DNA of 64,000 nt from Escherichia phage vB_EcoM-pEK20. The stretch is from sequence record MZ868638.1; one strand, given 5' to 3'. Positions 9,489 to 20,258 of this stretch are shown here, in pieces. Both the position numbers and the translations under genes were made by a program. Within the stretch, counting starts at the first letter, position 1; every line of letters begins with the position of its first letter. The notes beneath the pieces are model-generated. The model did no database searches. It was given only the letters and a program-made list of their open reading frames with translations, and had not been told where the DNA came from.

Positions 9489-9639
9489 TCTTCAGAACGT
9501 AGTAGAGGCCGAACGTGAGCGTGAGGCTTTAGTCTATAATGAACTATTAGTTCCGTTCTTGGCCTTACACTCGTACGAACAGGAAGACTACACCAATTAC
9601 GTTAAAAGCGTAGAAAAAGCCATTTACAATCAACACTGA
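9478..9639 (+). CDS. hypothetical small protein
   Basis: 53 aa from ATG at 9478 within the 9424 ORF frame. Confidence 0.35.
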   Translation: MSHNLQNVVEAEREREALVYNELLVPFLALHSYEQEDYTNYVKSVEKAIYNQH

Positions 9640-9685
9640 TAATGGTACTATATCCATATCAACTAAGTGGAATGAATAAAACGTT

Positions 9686-9958
9686 ATGAATAAAGACATT
9701 GAAATCGTACGTGAAATTATTACTATTGCTTCTATTTTGATTAAATTCTCTAGGGAAGATATTGTTGAAGACCGAGCAAGTTTCATCGGATTCTTGAATG
9801 AGATTGGAATTAAAAAAGATGGTCGGCAGCTAAATCAGAATTCGTTCAGAAAACTAATTACAAATTTAACTGCCGAAGAAAAGAAAACACTGATTAGTGA
9901 ATTCAACGAAGGTTTTGAAAATATTTATCGTCATTTAGCGATGTATTCTAACAACTAA
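9686..9958 (+). CDS. asiA: AsiA anti-sigma70 factor
   Basis: 90 aa; MNKDIEIVREIITIASILIKFSREDIVEDRA... nearly identical to T4 AsiA as recalled. Confidence 0.95.
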   Translation: MNKDIEIVREIITIASILIKFSREDIVEDRASFIGFLNEIGIKKDGRQLNQNSFRKLITNLTAEEKKTLISEFNEGFENIYRHLAMYSNN

Positions 9959-10618
9959 TTATTTGGCCCTTCCTAGTATTCGGACCGCTTGGTTGCATAT
10001 AGCCGCTAAGCGATCCTCCTCAAGTGTATTATTCCCCTTATACCAATACATCGTCACAGTTCCAGCATAGATGTTATCCAAATTAAAGTATGGACAACTA
10101 TACATATAAGAAAGTTCGGCAGTTTTAGATTTTGTAGGCAAAAATGCAAATTCTGATTTAGACGAGAAATGACGGCCACTTAAATGAATTATATATTCAT
10201 TGGCCGTTTTATCCACCGGGAATCCGCCAAGGGACTTTTCAGAAATTGTGCTAGGTAGTTTGCCTTCATAAGCTATAAGGTCGACAAAATAATTTAAGTT
10301 TTTAGGTCTGAAAGAATACACAGCACTAAAATCTGCACCAGATGAGATATGAACTATTTGCAGTTGTTCTAGAGCCGCAGATTCAAAACGTAAAGCTCGT
10401 TCTTTTTGGATTATTTCAGTATAAGTATCATACTTAGCTCTTACATAATAATCCAGCAAAATACTTCCTTTGTACCATATTAGTGCCATTAGGAACAAAA
10501 GAATAATTACCGCTACTCGGGACATTAAAACCTTTCCAGTAGCGTTATCTTTGAAAATACGATCTAGCAACCCAAATAGAATATCACTAGGCGAAAATGT
10601 CACTTTTGGTGTTGCCAT
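9959..10618 (-). CDS. t: holin T
   Basis: 219 aa (T4 T 218 aa); N-terminal TM segment; convergent with asiA. Confidence 0.9.
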   Translation of the reverse strand: MATPKVTFSPSDILFGLLDRIFKDNATGKVLMSRVAVIILLFLMALIWYKGSILLDYYVRAKYDTYTEIIQKERALRFESAALEQLQIVHISSGADFSAVYSFRPKNLNYFVDLIAYEGKLPSTISEKSLGGFPVDKTANEYIIHLSGRHFSSKSEFAFLPTKSKTAELSYMYSCPYFNLDNIYAGTVTMYWYKGNNTLEEDRLAAICNQAVRILGRAK

Positions 10619-10627
10619 AATACCTCC

Positions 10628-11179
10628 TTACTTAAAGATATTTATAATCGCTTTGATAATAGATTTGTTTTCAAGGTCAGGGAATTTAGGGAATTCGCCG
10701 CCGAGATGTTCATGTTTTTCTAAAAGGGCAAAGAATTTTTTGAGCTCTTTAAATTTTCGTTTTTCTTCTCTATTAGCAACCTCTGCGTCAATAAGAGAAC
10801 TTAAAACACTGAATAATTTATAGAGTTCATGAATTTTCTTATCACGTTGAACTACGCGTTTATATGCTTCATCTTCCTTCCACCCGTCGTCGGTCCAAAT
10901 GTCAAATTCACCAGGTTCTTCTGTAGTAACATTTTGAAGAGCACCTGGAGTGTCAATAACAATTTTTTGCTTATCATATGTCCATACTGTTTTTCCGCGA
11001 TGGTCTTCAACATATACCCATTCTTGCTCGCGTTCGTCAAATATAACAGCATAGCCTTCTTTAGGGTCTAAAGGTTTTTTTGGTGTCGAATGAGCCGGAA
11101 ATCCTACGCCTTTTAATGGTTTATAATTTTCTTCTTTGTAAAATTCTTTAGTGTCAAAATAATAGTGATAGAGTTTCAT
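10628..11179 (-). CDS. 38: gp38 distal long tail fibre assembly chaperone (T4 type)
   Basis: 183 aa; MKLYHYYFDTKEFYKEENYKP... matches T4 gp38 as recalled. Confidence 0.9.
   Translation of the reverse strand: MKLYHYYFDTKEFYKEENYKPLKGVGFPAHSTPKKPLDPKEGYAVIFDEREQEWVYVEDHRGKTVWTYDKQKIVIDTPGALQNVTTEEPGEFDIWTDDGWKEDEAYKRVVQRDKKIHELYKLFSVLSSLIDAEVANREEKRKFKELKKFFALLEKHEHLGGEFPKFPDLENKSIIKAIINIFK
10639..10646 (-). promoter_or_regulatory. late promoter TATAAATA for t
   Basis: TATAAATA on - strand 21 nt upstream of t start, inside 3' end of gene 38. Confidence 0.55.
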
Positions 11180-11182
11180 ATT

Positions 11183-11204
11183 ATAAAAAGGGACCGAAGT
11201 CCCT
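11183..11204 (-). terminator. terminator hairpin between genes 37 and 38
   Basis: GGGAC-UUCG-GUCCC on - strand followed by U-run. Confidence 0.7.
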
Positions 11205-11209
11205 TCTCC

Positions 11210-14200
11210 TTATGCTAAACGAACGATATAGTTAAAAGCAACGTTTTTAACAGTGTTTTCTGTATTTCCTGTGGCATTTACAGTTATTGTATGTCCATGG
11301 GAACCAATTGCAACAGTATGAGAATGAGCACCAATACCTACCGAATGGGTATGAGCACCAATACCCACAGTATGAGCATGGTTACCAGTAGCGCTAGTAG
11401 TTCCTGACCAACTATGGGTATGGTTACCTTCTGTTGACGACTTTGCAATATATTGGCTTGTACCAGGCACGACACCGTTGCTTAGGCCAAAACCATCAAC
11501 CTGAGACCCACTAATTAGAGTAGCCCCATTAGGAAATATCCCGGTCGGTTGGTTACTAGGTCCTCTTGGGCCTGTCTGTGAGTGCTGGTGGTTACCAGCG
11601 GCACTAGTATTACCACTCACTGTATGGTTATGGTTACCAGTGGTATTACTGGTCTTAGTACCATAATCAAAGCTTGAAGTCGTTTTGCTACCGTAATCAA
11701 AACTAGAAGTGGTCTTAGTACCTAAATCTGTGCTTGATGCACTTGCACTATGGCTATGTGACTTAACACCGTCTTCTTCTGTACTTAATACAGCACGCCC
11801 AGATGGTTTACCCTTGATAGTTTGACCACGCATATCAGGCAGAGCGCCGGAAGGATACACCGCAGCTAACTTAGGATACAAGTCAGTATCAAACGTCTGG
11901 CCTTCCATGATGGCATAACCTTCAGGAGGTGTATCAGTAGGCCAAGGAATCGGAGCACCAATTGGGTAACTCGAGACAATATCCGTCTTAAGGTTATTTA
12001 TTGTGGTATTCAAGTTAGCAAAATTACCAGAACCACCAGTGATATTACCATCAGTACCAATACGAACATTACCAGCGCCTAATTTACCAGGAGAATAAAA
12101 ATCACCGTTTTTATTAAATTCCCATCCAAGATCCTTTATAACAGCACCAGTAGAAACGCCGTCACCACCTTCGTGATAATGAACTCTAAAGTTACCACCA
12201 TTAATTAAAGTACCAATAGAATAGCAACTATTATTTTGAACGTATCTTTGTTTCACAATAGGAACATAAGTGCTTGTATCTGTTCTATCAATATTCATAT
12301 AGAACGGAGCACGAACGTTTTCATTATTTTGTGAAGCAAAAGAACCGGCTCCAGCAGGTCGTGCAGTATCAGTACATTCAGCGTCGATATATGCCGATTG
12401 TCCTAATTGCATACGGTAATTAGGAGAAATGCGACTATGACTAGTTATAACAACAAGTTTATTATCATTATCAACGGTCACCATATTACCGCCAGCGCCA
12501 TCATCACCTAACGTAACAGAATGGCGCATTTGAACCATACCGTTATTAAGGCTGATACTAAGCGGACGAAGATTACTTATTCCACCACTTTCACCAGCAT
12601 CTTTAGGAGTCGGGATAATATGTAATGATGCTTCTGAACGACGGAAAATAGCACCATATTCAGCATTCCAAATTCTTAATGCATCTGCTGTTCCACCAAA
12701 TTTAGCTTGACCGTTTACAGACAATCCATTATTAGCAACTAAACTAGATTCCGTAACAATCGAGCCGGAAGCAGTAATACCACCGGAAGTTAATAAAGCA
12801 CCGCTGACACGGAATTGAATGGCACCAACAGTTGAACCCGAAGCAGGTGTTACACGTTGAGAATAAAAATGGTATCCTTGTCCATCAGCTACTTCAAAAA
12901 CTGTTTCACGGTAACGATCGCCAGATGCGTTAAATGAATTACCCCACACTTTAACTGTAACAGGGTTTTTGTTTTGACCTGCGCGAGTACCACTGTTCCA
13001 GTATATACTTCTAGTACCATCTGCAGCCGTCGGGGCGTTAAACTGGAATCCCTGATTATCAGGTCCATCAATAATTATGCCTTTATTAAGACGAAAAGCT
13101 AATGTAGAATCAATATTACCTGTTGCAGCGTTAAAGCTAATACTGTTAGCACCGGTTACCAATTTCAAAATACCGGGGTTAATTTCCATACCTTGTTGGG
13201 TATTGATATTCATCTGACCTGTACCACGGAAATAGTGGTTCATTTTACCGCCAGCATTGTACCCGATATGTGTTTGACCGTCTCCAGCATTGTTATTATC
13301 AGCTTGTGTTTGAACTGATAAAAGAGCGGCGTTGGTTCCAGGCATAATCCAAGTTGTGCCTTGGTCCTCGGAACGACCAAATATACCTTTACGAGTACTA
13401 CGGAAACTGTCAGGAGTAATAGAAGCGACAGATTTACCTGAACCAACTAAATCATAAACACCGGTTTTTTTGTATGATAAACCCGTCCCGTTATCGCCTA
13501 GAGCTAAATAAGCACCGAATCCTAAAGCGCCACCATTACCGTAATCGCTTGACGGATATCCTTCAGTCACGGTCCCGATGGCTACACTATTGCGGACGAT
13601 CATTCGGCCGTCATTACGAATACCATATAGTTTAAATAATGGTGTATTACCAGTCCACCAAGAAACTTCATCAGCCAGGCCAGTTTGAGCTGTACAAATT
13701 TCATGGTAAATAGTTCCGCCCGATTTAGCACGAACTTTACGAAGATAGTTTACACCATTTGTTTCTCCGGTTCCAGGATAAACATAGTTAACCAAAGATT
13801 GAGAATCATATTGCCCAAAGGCTTTAGAATCATGATTAATTAAATTAACACTAATAGATGGTGTACTAATAGAAGTTAAAGCAGTTAATTTGCGTGCCTG
13901 GAAAATACCGCCATCAGTAGAAATGAAATGAAATTCTGAATTTTGAGCCCCTGCTGCGGTTCCTTGGCGAACACGCATTGTAATTACGCCTTCATTTTCA
14001 GACTGCGGTTTTGAATATAAAACACCTCTCTCTGATCCATCTGTATTTTCAAACCAAAGATGGGCATTGGAAGTATCATTTGTTGCTCTTGTGTAAAATG
14101 ACCCTCGCATAGATCTAAAAACTAAGGCGGATACGCCTTCAGTAGAACCAATAGGTCCATTTACGGTCATTCCACCGGTTTGTACATAATCGCCGTTTAA

Positions 14201-14407
14201 TTTCAAAAGACCATTGATAGTTACATTTCCATCAACTTGGCCACCTTTAGCAAAACCCAGATCAATGATATTTCCTGAATCGTCTTTAGTAAAAATTGTT
14301 CTATCTTTTAAGTTTATAGCCAATTCACCTTCGGCTAATACTGAAGCAGCAGGACGTGCACCTGCAGTTTTGCTTCTTTTAAATTGTATTTGTTTTAAAG
14401 TAGCCAT
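11210..14407 (-). CDS. 37: gp37 long tail fibre distal subunit (receptor-binding)
   Basis: 1065 aa; C-terminal HxH repeats and ...[15 protein letters not shown] ending as in T4 gp37. Confidence 0.93.
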   Translation of the reverse strand: MATLKQIQFKRSKTAGARPAASVLAEGELAINLKDRTIFTKDDSGNIIDLGFAKGGQVDGNVTINGLLKLNGDYVQTGGMTVNGPIGSTEGVSALVFRSMRGSFYTRATNDTSNAHLWFENTDGSERGVLYSKPQSENEGVITMRVRQGTAAGAQNSEFHFISTDGGIFQARKLTALTSISTPSISVNLINHDSKAFGQYDSQSLVNYVYPGTGETNGVNYLRKVRAKSGGTIYHEICTAQTGLADEVSWWTGNTPLFKLYGIRNDGRMIVRNSVAIGTVTEGYPSSDYGNGGALGFGAYLALGDNGTGLSYKKTGVYDLVGSGKSVASITPDSFRSTRKGIFGRSEDQGTTWIMPGTNAALLSVQTQADNNNAGDGQTHIGYNAGGKMNHYFRGTGQMNINTQQGMEINPGILKLVTGANSISFNAATGNIDSTLAFRLNKGIIIDGPDNQGFQFNAPTAADGTRSIYWNSGTRAGQNKNPVTVKVWGNSFNASGDRYRETVFEVADGQGYHFYSQRVTPASGSTVGAIQFRVSGALLTSGGITASGSIVTESSLVANNGLSVNGQAKFGGTADALRIWNAEYGAIFRRSEASLHIIPTPKDAGESGGISNLRPLSISLNNGMVQMRHSVTLGDDGAGGNMVTVDNDNKLVVITSHSRISPNYRMQLGQSAYIDAECTDTARPAGAGSFASQNNENVRAPFYMNIDRTDTSTYVPIVKQRYVQNNSCYSIGTLINGGNFRVHYHEGGDGVSTGAVIKDLGWEFNKNGDFYSPGKLGAGNVRIGTDGNITGGSGNFANLNTTINNLKTDIVSSYPIGAPIPWPTDTPPEGYAIMEGQTFDTDLYPKLAAVYPSGALPDMRGQTIKGKPSGRAVLSTEEDGVKSHSHSASASSTDLGTKTTSSFDYGSKTTSSFDYGTKTSNTTGNHNHTVSGNTSAAGNHQHSQTGPRGPSNQPTGIFPNGATLISGSQVDGFGLSNGVVPGTSQYIAKSSTEGNHTHSWSGTTSATGNHAHTVGIGAHTHSVGIGAHSHTVAIGSHGHTITVNATGNTENTVKNVAFNYIVRLA
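11660..11719 (-). repeat. in-frame 30-nt tandem duplication in gp37 tip ([20 protein letters not shown])
   Basis: two adjacent 10-aa copies where T4 has one, as recalled. Confidence 0.7.
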
Positions 14408-14415
14408 AAGTCCTC

Positions 14416-15081
14416 TTAATAATAGCCGAAATCTTGAACAGAATCTTTAATTACAATCTGGTCGAAACGAGGAACATGATTAGCCTCGGATGCCGGATTC
14501 TGTGAGAAAAAGTTTGGTGCTGTTAAAGTACCAGCCATGGTATCGCCAGAACGCAATACACGGGAATTTGCGTTATCCGTAACAATATTTATTCGTCCAT
14601 CAACGTAATCTTTTCTTGTGAGATCATTCGCTGCTATAGGAGCAGTAGCGTTAGAACGGACAGGACCAGTTGCATAAAAACCGCCCTTAGTGCTGATATC
14701 ACCAGTACGAGTGTTAACAACAACAGTTCTACCTGCAGATCCTTGCGATGATTTAAAACCAATGCCATACCATGAAACAATATCAATGTTTGCCATATCA
14801 TACGTAGCAGCATCACCGTTGCCTGGGAAAATACCACTTTGATTTGTGTTATTTACGGCATAAGGTACTTGCACACCATTATTAAATGTTACTCGAGCGG
14901 CATACGTACCACCATTAGCTTTAGAAACAAAATCGTTATCAGCTGCCTGTGGTTTATTATATTCTGAATAGAGTTTAAACGTTTTATACAGGACGTCATC
15001 ACCTGCTGGCATTAAAGGGAAATTACCTTGATGCCATATAACGGCACCGCCAGTTGTACTACCAGCTTTTAAATCGGCCAT
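14416..15081 (-). CDS. 36: gp36 long tail fibre hinge connector
   Basis: 221 aa, equal to T4 gp36 length; synteny 34-35-36-37. Confidence 0.9.
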   Translation of the reverse strand: MADLKAGSTTGGAVIWHQGNFPLMPAGDDVLYKTFKLYSEYNKPQAADNDFVSKANGGTYAARVTFNNGVQVPYAVNNTNQSGIFPGNGDAATYDMANIDIVSWYGIGFKSSQGSAGRTVVVNTRTGDISTKGGFYATGPVRSNATAPIAANDLTRKDYVDGRINIVTDNANSRVLRSGDTMAGTLTAPNFFSQNPASEANHVPRFDQIVIKDSVQDFGYY

Positions 15082-15105
15082 AGTTGTCTCCTTATATGTA
15101 TACCA

Positions 15106-15113
15106 TATTTATA
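15106..15113 (-). promoter_or_regulatory. late promoter TATAAATA for gene 36
   Basis: TATAAATA on - strand, then AAGGAG RBS and ATG at 15081. Confidence 0.7.
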
Positions 15114-15138
15114 CAAAAATGGGAGACCGAAGTCTCCC
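15113..15138 (-). terminator. terminator after gene 35
   Basis: GGGAGAC-UUCG-GUCUCCC on - strand followed by AUUUUU. Confidence 0.8.
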
Positions 15139-15143
15139 TAAAT

Positions 15144-16271
15144 TTATTCTGATGCTTCTTTAAATTCTTGACCAAATACCTTACCAGTATCGGTTGAAGA
15201 TTGAGTAGGTAATGTCATTATGTCTGGGGCACTTAAAGATTCTGAAACATAATTTACACGAATACCATTTATACCAAACTCAGCAGGTTTTGAAACGCTT
15301 CCATTACATGATACTTCAGTGAATATAACGTTTCTTAATCCACCTTGCCCGACTGGAGCTGTACGATAACAATAAATCGTGAACCCGTCAGCACCAGCAG
15401 GAATTTCTATGTAGTCTTCATATATCTTCCATTCACCTGCACCCCCATCAAAGTTTATATCCTTAAATGAAATAGGTGAAGTAGAAGGAGATTTAAAGAA
15501 ACGAATAGAAAGTCGTGTCGTCCCTTGTGCTAACAAATCAGCATCGGCCATTAGTTGGAATTTCATATAAAGGAAATCTCCAGGCTTCAATTTATACCCA
15601 GCGAGAGGTGTAATAATGGATGTTGTAGGCATCCTTTTAATTTCATTATTAGTACCTCCAACAGCAGATAAAAATGTGTCTGTCGATTCGTACGTACGTC
15701 TAGGGAAGCCGGTAGCACCAATATCATCGATCGTGTCGTACACAACATCAAGTGGTGTACTATAGTCGGTTGAAGTTTTCTTATTACTATACTTAATATG
15801 TTCTAGTGCTATAGCATTCTTACCAGAAATATAAAACGCAGAATAAGAAATGTCCACTATATTTAAAACTTGTTGAGCTAATGGAATAGCAGAACTTCCG
15901 GCTTTATTAAACCATGTAAGAACTTCGGGTGGAAAGTTTGTTTTAGCGTTAGTAACAAGAGCAAATATAAAATTTGAAGCATATGTGTCCATGAAAGTAA
16001 CAAATGCACTTGACGTGGCGTCGTTTTCAGTAGAGAAATTATATGACTTAGATTCAACTACTGCACCTGTTGTAGGATTTATTACACGAACGTTTAATCC
16101 AACGGAAAAAACCTGGGACCCAAGTGGATTATCCTGGAACTTAATATAAGCAGGAGATGTTGATAGCGGGCAAGAGCCCGCTATGCTTAATTTAAATCGT
16201 ACTGAATTGCTTTCCGATAAAAATGGCGTTTGGACGTATCCTTGTCCAAACTTAGCCATAAATTTTTCCAT
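15144..16271 (-). CDS. 35: gp35 long tail fibre hinge (knee) protein
   Basis: 375 aa (T4 372 aa); synteny. Confidence 0.88.
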   Translation of the reverse strand: MEKFMAKFGQGYVQTPFLSESNSVRFKLSIAGSCPLSTSPAYIKFQDNPLGSQVFSVGLNVRVINPTTGAVVESKSYNFSTENDATSSAFVTFMDTYASNFIFALVTNAKTNFPPEVLTWFNKAGSSAIPLAQQVLNIVDISYSAFYISGKNAIALEHIKYSNKKTSTDYSTPLDVVYDTIDDIGATGFPRRTYESTDTFLSAVGGTNNEIKRMPTTSIITPLAGYKLKPGDFLYMKFQLMADADLLAQGTTRLSIRFFKSPSTSPISFKDINFDGGAGEWKIYEDYIEIPAGADGFTIYCYRTAPVGQGGLRNVIFTEVSCNGSVSKPAEFGINGIRVNYVSESLSAPDIMTLPTQSSTDTGKVFGQEFKEASE

Positions 16272-16279
16272 AATACCTC

Positions 16280-19200
16280 TTATTCAATCCACTCGAATTT
16301 AACAGATTTATTCACAGGGTCTGGAATAATGCGGACATTACCAATCCTTAAGAAATCCCTTATTGTCAAGTTTCCGATTGTTGCATTATCAGAAGGTAAA
16401 GCACCAATATCAGAAGGTTGAGGAGGGTTTCCACCATCAAATACCTGAACAAAACTTGACCAAGAATTTTTAGTTTTCTGCCATGTACGAGTCCAACGGG
16501 TTGTACGTGCTTCTGGAGTTGTTGGATAAGTAATCCAATCTTGGTAAAGTGAATCAAGTGTATTACCAAACTGAGTCAATGTACCAGGAGATTTAACTTC
16601 TTCGCCACGTTCTAAGTATGGAAGCCCAGTCACTTCATTAGTTTTTTCAACCATTTTAAAATAACCAGGGAATTGGTTATAAGTGGCTGAATCGTTAATA
16701 TCGATTGACCAGAATCCGACTGTATCAGCAGTAGGAGCACGAGTGTATAAATCAGCAGTTTTAGAACCCTGAGAACGAATTCTCGAGTTAACAGTTAAAC
16801 CACCTGAATTTATAGTAGCACCTTTGGCAATGATTAAGCCTTCACCAATCGTTACTTGGCCGGATGCATTATTAATAGCTAAAGGACGTAATCCATTAAA
16901 TCCGCCAGTCTGATCACCTGATGCAGTAAGCATAAAATAGGTATTAGCAGCATCATTACGAATAAAGAATCCGTAATCACCACTAATTGCTCTGAAAGCA
17001 TTTGCAGACTTACTAATGAATTCGCCATTAGCAGTAACTGAACGACCGAATGTTGCAACGCCATTCACATTCATCAAACCGGAAGCATTAATGTTTATTG
17101 GCATTACAGTACCATTAATGCTAAACGCTATATTCCCATCTTTATTACGTTGAGAATAAAAATGATTAGACGTTTCATCACCAACTTCAAATACAGTAGA
17201 ACGTGTTGTATCTGATCCGCCACCAAACTGATTTCCCCAAACTCTGATAGACATCGTCTGTGCTGGGTTGGTTCCAGTTTGAGGTCCTTTCTCAAAAATA
17301 AGACGAGTTGCCGTTCCAGTATTAGAAATAGTTAATGTACTATTTGCCGAAACTGAACCACCAAACGTAGCAGTACTAGATGATACAAGAGGGGCACTCA
17401 GATTCGTTTGTTGGGTTAAGGTTAGTGAACCATTAACCGTCTGTGCAATGTCCCTACGAATGAACTGAGATGAATCTAGACCATCTAATAAATTTGCGTC
17501 AGCAGCTTTTGCTTTTAATGGCAAGTAATTTGCTAATACACGGTTTAATTCATACGGTGATACTGCATAGCTATTTTTCTCGTATAGCTCTAAGTTTTGT
17601 GTAGAACCGACTGTATCATTACCAACGAATGTAATAGAACCGGATGAAGTTTTAACGAATCCGCGAATTGCTGTAGTAGCAGCCCATGTTGGTTCGTTCT
17701 GGACAATCCATTTTAAATTCTTAGGAGATACAGCAGTGTTCGCTGACGTTCCAGTCACAGTTTCAGCCTGAGTAGCAACCTTGATTACACCTTCAGACGT
17801 TTCAGTGGACTTAGTCCCTAAAAGCTTTTTAGGAGTAATAAGAACATCATCTAAAGTTCCTGCATTAGATTCTGCCTGGGTCGCTACGCGAAGTGTACCA
17901 CGTTGTGTTTCATTTGCTTTAGAAATATCAAGAGTATAATGGTTCCACAAGGTTCCTTCTTCAATAAGTCCGGAATCAGAATTAACACTGGTACGGTCAG
18001 AAGAATCAAAATGAGTTTTAATTTTCAGTGGAGTTGAGATACGAGTATCATCAGTTCCAGTATCAAATTCAACTTGCGTAGCAATTTCGGCTATGCCGGA
18101 TAATCCTTCCGTAGCTCTCCTATCATTTAACGTCTTAGGCGTTACTGCACGTGTATAATCAGTCCCAGCATTAGTTTCTGCTTGCGTAGCAATTTCAATT
18201 AAACCAATACGTCCATCAGTAGAAGTTTTCTTATGTAGTGTTTCAGGAGTTACTACAGCGTGAGAATAACCTGCTTGTGATTGACCAGCAATTACTTCAC
18301 TATCAACAGCTAAAATTACTGCACCTTGTTGAGCATAAGTTGCTTTATATTGGTCAAGGGCTTTAGGAGAAATAGTTAAATTATTTACGGTTTTATTATA
18401 AACGTTAGTGCCTGCGGCCCCACGAGTTTCAGCAGGAGTAGCAGAAGTAGTTGATACATATTTAACTATACCAGATAGTGTTTCAGAACCCTGACGTGCC
18501 TGCAATTTCTTAGGTGTAATAATCGTTGTGTCATCAAGACCAGCATCGGTTTCAGACTGAGTAGCAATTTCAGCAAGACCGCGACGAGTTTCAGTTGCTG
18601 TACGCTCATTTAGTTTTTTAGGCGTAACAATAGTATCGTCCACAAATGATGCTGTGGAATTCTGGTTAACTTGTGCTGTTGTAGCAATTTTGGCGATACC
18701 ACGTCGAGTTTCAGTTGCTGTACGATTTGCCAACGTTTCAGGAGTAATAGCAACTTCTTTAGCTGGAGTATTCTCTAAATCAACATTTGCTTGCGCTTGA
18801 GTAGCAAGAGCAATAACACCTAAACGAGCTCGTGTAGCATCAGTTCCAGCATCAACACGTTCTACAGTTGGGACGTTTTGTTGAACAACCCAATAACGTG
18901 TACCAGCAACGGTGTCTTCGATATACGATAATTCTAATACAGGAACATATGAAGTAGTGCCATTGAATTCTAGTTCAGTAACAGAGACCCATTGAGCATC
19001 AGGTGGATATTCAGAACGTTTAGGGAACTGAAGCAACGCAACAGAAGAAGCAATTGTATCACCTTCGGCAGCTTTAATTTTTACTGTTTGGCCTTTACGC
19101 ATGTAGTTCATTGAAATTTTAACAGTGTCACCACTCAAAATTCCGGTAGGTAGCGTAAGATTAATAGTTCCGGTTGTAGCGTTATTTGTGCCAAAAATAA

Positions 19201-20155
19201 GAACTTCTTCATTTGGACGAATATTTGAATCCGCACGGATAATACGAAGACGCGGTTTCTGGTCGCCTTCCCATATACGCCATAAACTATTTGCAGCATC
19301 AAAAACAAAAAACGCGTCAGAGTCATTTCTGCCTTCGGCAATATGAGTCCCGACTTCACCAATAGACGTTGTATCATCAAATGTTTTAACAATTGTATGA
19401 TACAGTGGGTTTAATTTATCTAAATCGACTAGGCTGATTATATCACCATTGTTAGCATTACGTGGAAGTGTAATGTTGATTGGTGCTGCACTAGTAAAAC
19501 GACGAACGATAAAATCATTTGCTTGTGCTTGATATGGTGCCGCAGGTGTAACAGTGATTGATTCTTTACCGTAATCAATGATATACATCTGCCACAAACG
19601 ATTACTAAACACAAACACTAGTTGTGAACGTGGTCGCGTCATTAAAACTGTACGAACTTGTTCACCTCTAAAGTTTAAAATACTCTGCACAGACGCGTTA
19701 ATCTGTACTTTAACTGTCCCGGTTCTTCCACCAATATCAGCCAAAACAACAGTATCACCATCAACCGGCGCATTTGGCAACGTGAAAACCATATCATTGC
19801 CGGCACCAGTGTTAACCGAAATCGATTCACCTGAAGAAAGTTGATAAGTCCCAGAAGCGACAGTTATCCATTGTGCATCGGTACGAACTGCACGCCATTG
19901 TAAAAGGTTAAATGCCCCGGAAGGAGACACGATATCATTTATTGCTTGATATAAACGGTTGTCATAAAGAACAACAAATCCTTTGTTATATCCACGCGTA
20001 GAATCATATACTTGAACGGTGTTTTCTTGTACCAGGAAGTCAACGTTTACGCCATCAGTACCTACTGTACGGTCGGCTAATGCTACGTTAACAATCTTGT
20101 CGCCACCGGCGTCCAGACCATCTTCGGCTCTGAACTTACGTTTGATGTCGGCCAT
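16280..20155 (-). CDS. 34: gp34 long tail fibre proximal subunit
   Basis: 1291 aa (T4 1289 aa); internal repeated ATETRRG(I/L)A(K/E)IAT motifs. Confidence 0.93.
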   Translation of the reverse strand: MADIKRKFRAEDGLDAGGDKIVNVALADRTVGTDGVNVDFLVQENTVQVYDSTRGYNKGFVVLYDNRLYQAINDIVSPSGAFNLLQWRAVRTDAQWITVASGTYQLSSGESISVNTGAGNDMVFTLPNAPVDGDTVVLADIGGRTGTVKVQINASVQSILNFRGEQVRTVLMTRPRSQLVFVFSNRLWQMYIIDYGKESITVTPAAPYQAQANDFIVRRFTSAAPINITLPRNANNGDIISLVDLDKLNPLYHTIVKTFDDTTSIGEVGTHIAEGRNDSDAFFVFDAANSLWRIWEGDQKPRLRIIRADSNIRPNEEVLIFGTNNATTGTINLTLPTGILSGDTVKISMNYMRKGQTVKIKAAEGDTIASSVALLQFPKRSEYPPDAQWVSVTELEFNGTTSYVPVLELSYIEDTVAGTRYWVVQQNVPTVERVDAGTDATRARLGVIALATQAQANVDLENTPAKEVAITPETLANRTATETRRGIAKIATTAQVNQNSTASFVDDTIVTPKKLNERTATETRRGLAEIATQSETDAGLDDTTIITPKKLQARQGSETLSGIVKYVSTTSATPAETRGAAGTNVYNKTVNNLTISPKALDQYKATYAQQGAVILAVDSEVIAGQSQAGYSHAVVTPETLHKKTSTDGRIGLIEIATQAETNAGTDYTRAVTPKTLNDRRATEGLSGIAEIATQVEFDTGTDDTRISTPLKIKTHFDSSDRTSVNSDSGLIEEGTLWNHYTLDISKANETQRGTLRVATQAESNAGTLDDVLITPKKLLGTKSTETSEGVIKVATQAETVTGTSANTAVSPKNLKWIVQNEPTWAATTAIRGFVKTSSGSITFVGNDTVGSTQNLELYEKNSYAVSPYELNRVLANYLPLKAKAADANLLDGLDSSQFIRRDIAQTVNGSLTLTQQTNLSAPLVSSSTATFGGSVSANSTLTISNTGTATRLIFEKGPQTGTNPAQTMSIRVWGNQFGGGSDTTRSTVFEVGDETSNHFYSQRNKDGNIAFSINGTVMPININASGLMNVNGVATFGRSVTANGEFISKSANAFRAISGDYGFFIRNDAANTYFMLTASGDQTGGFNGLRPLAINNASGQVTIGEGLIIAKGATINSGGLTVNSRIRSQGSKTADLYTRAPTADTVGFWSIDINDSATYNQFPGYFKMVEKTNEVTGLPYLERGEEVKSPGTLTQFGNTLDSLYQDWITYPTTPEARTTRWTRTWQKTKNSWSSFVQVFDGGNPPQPSDIGALPSDNATIGNLTIRDFLRIGNVRIIPDPVNKSVKFEWIE

Positions 20156-20185
20156 TCGTTTTTCCTTTATTGTTTCAATAATACT

Positions 20186-20193
20186 TATTTATA
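20186..20193 (-). promoter_or_regulatory. late promoter TATAAATA for gene 34
   Basis: about 30 nt upstream of gene 34 ATG; divergent from the rnh early promoter. Confidence 0.7.
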
Positions 20194-20196
20194 CCA

Positions 20197-20226
20197 GTTT
20201 ACGCTTTCAAATGAGTATGTTACTAT
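20197..20226 (+). promoter_or_regulatory. early promoter for rnh
   Basis: GTTTAC 20197-20202, 18-bp spacer, TACTAT. Confidence 0.6.
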
Positions 20227-20258
20227 AGTCAAGTTGACTAACTGAACAAGAGGTTCAT

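Noticed and set aside
11213-11500. His-rich Gly/Thr/Ser low-complexity C-terminus of gp37 as a novel metal-binding tag
   Set aside because: HxH repeats coordinating iron are a known feature of the T4 gp37 needle domain; only the intervening tip sequence is unusual and is reported separately.
12889-19844. Short ORFs on either strand inside the tail fibre genes 37, 36 and 34 (e.g. 12889..13071, 13240..13446, 14634..14837, 16366..16569, 16879..17064, 19125..19392, 19578..19844)
   Set aside because: They are nested in long, confidently identified coding frames and are most simply alternative-frame artefacts.
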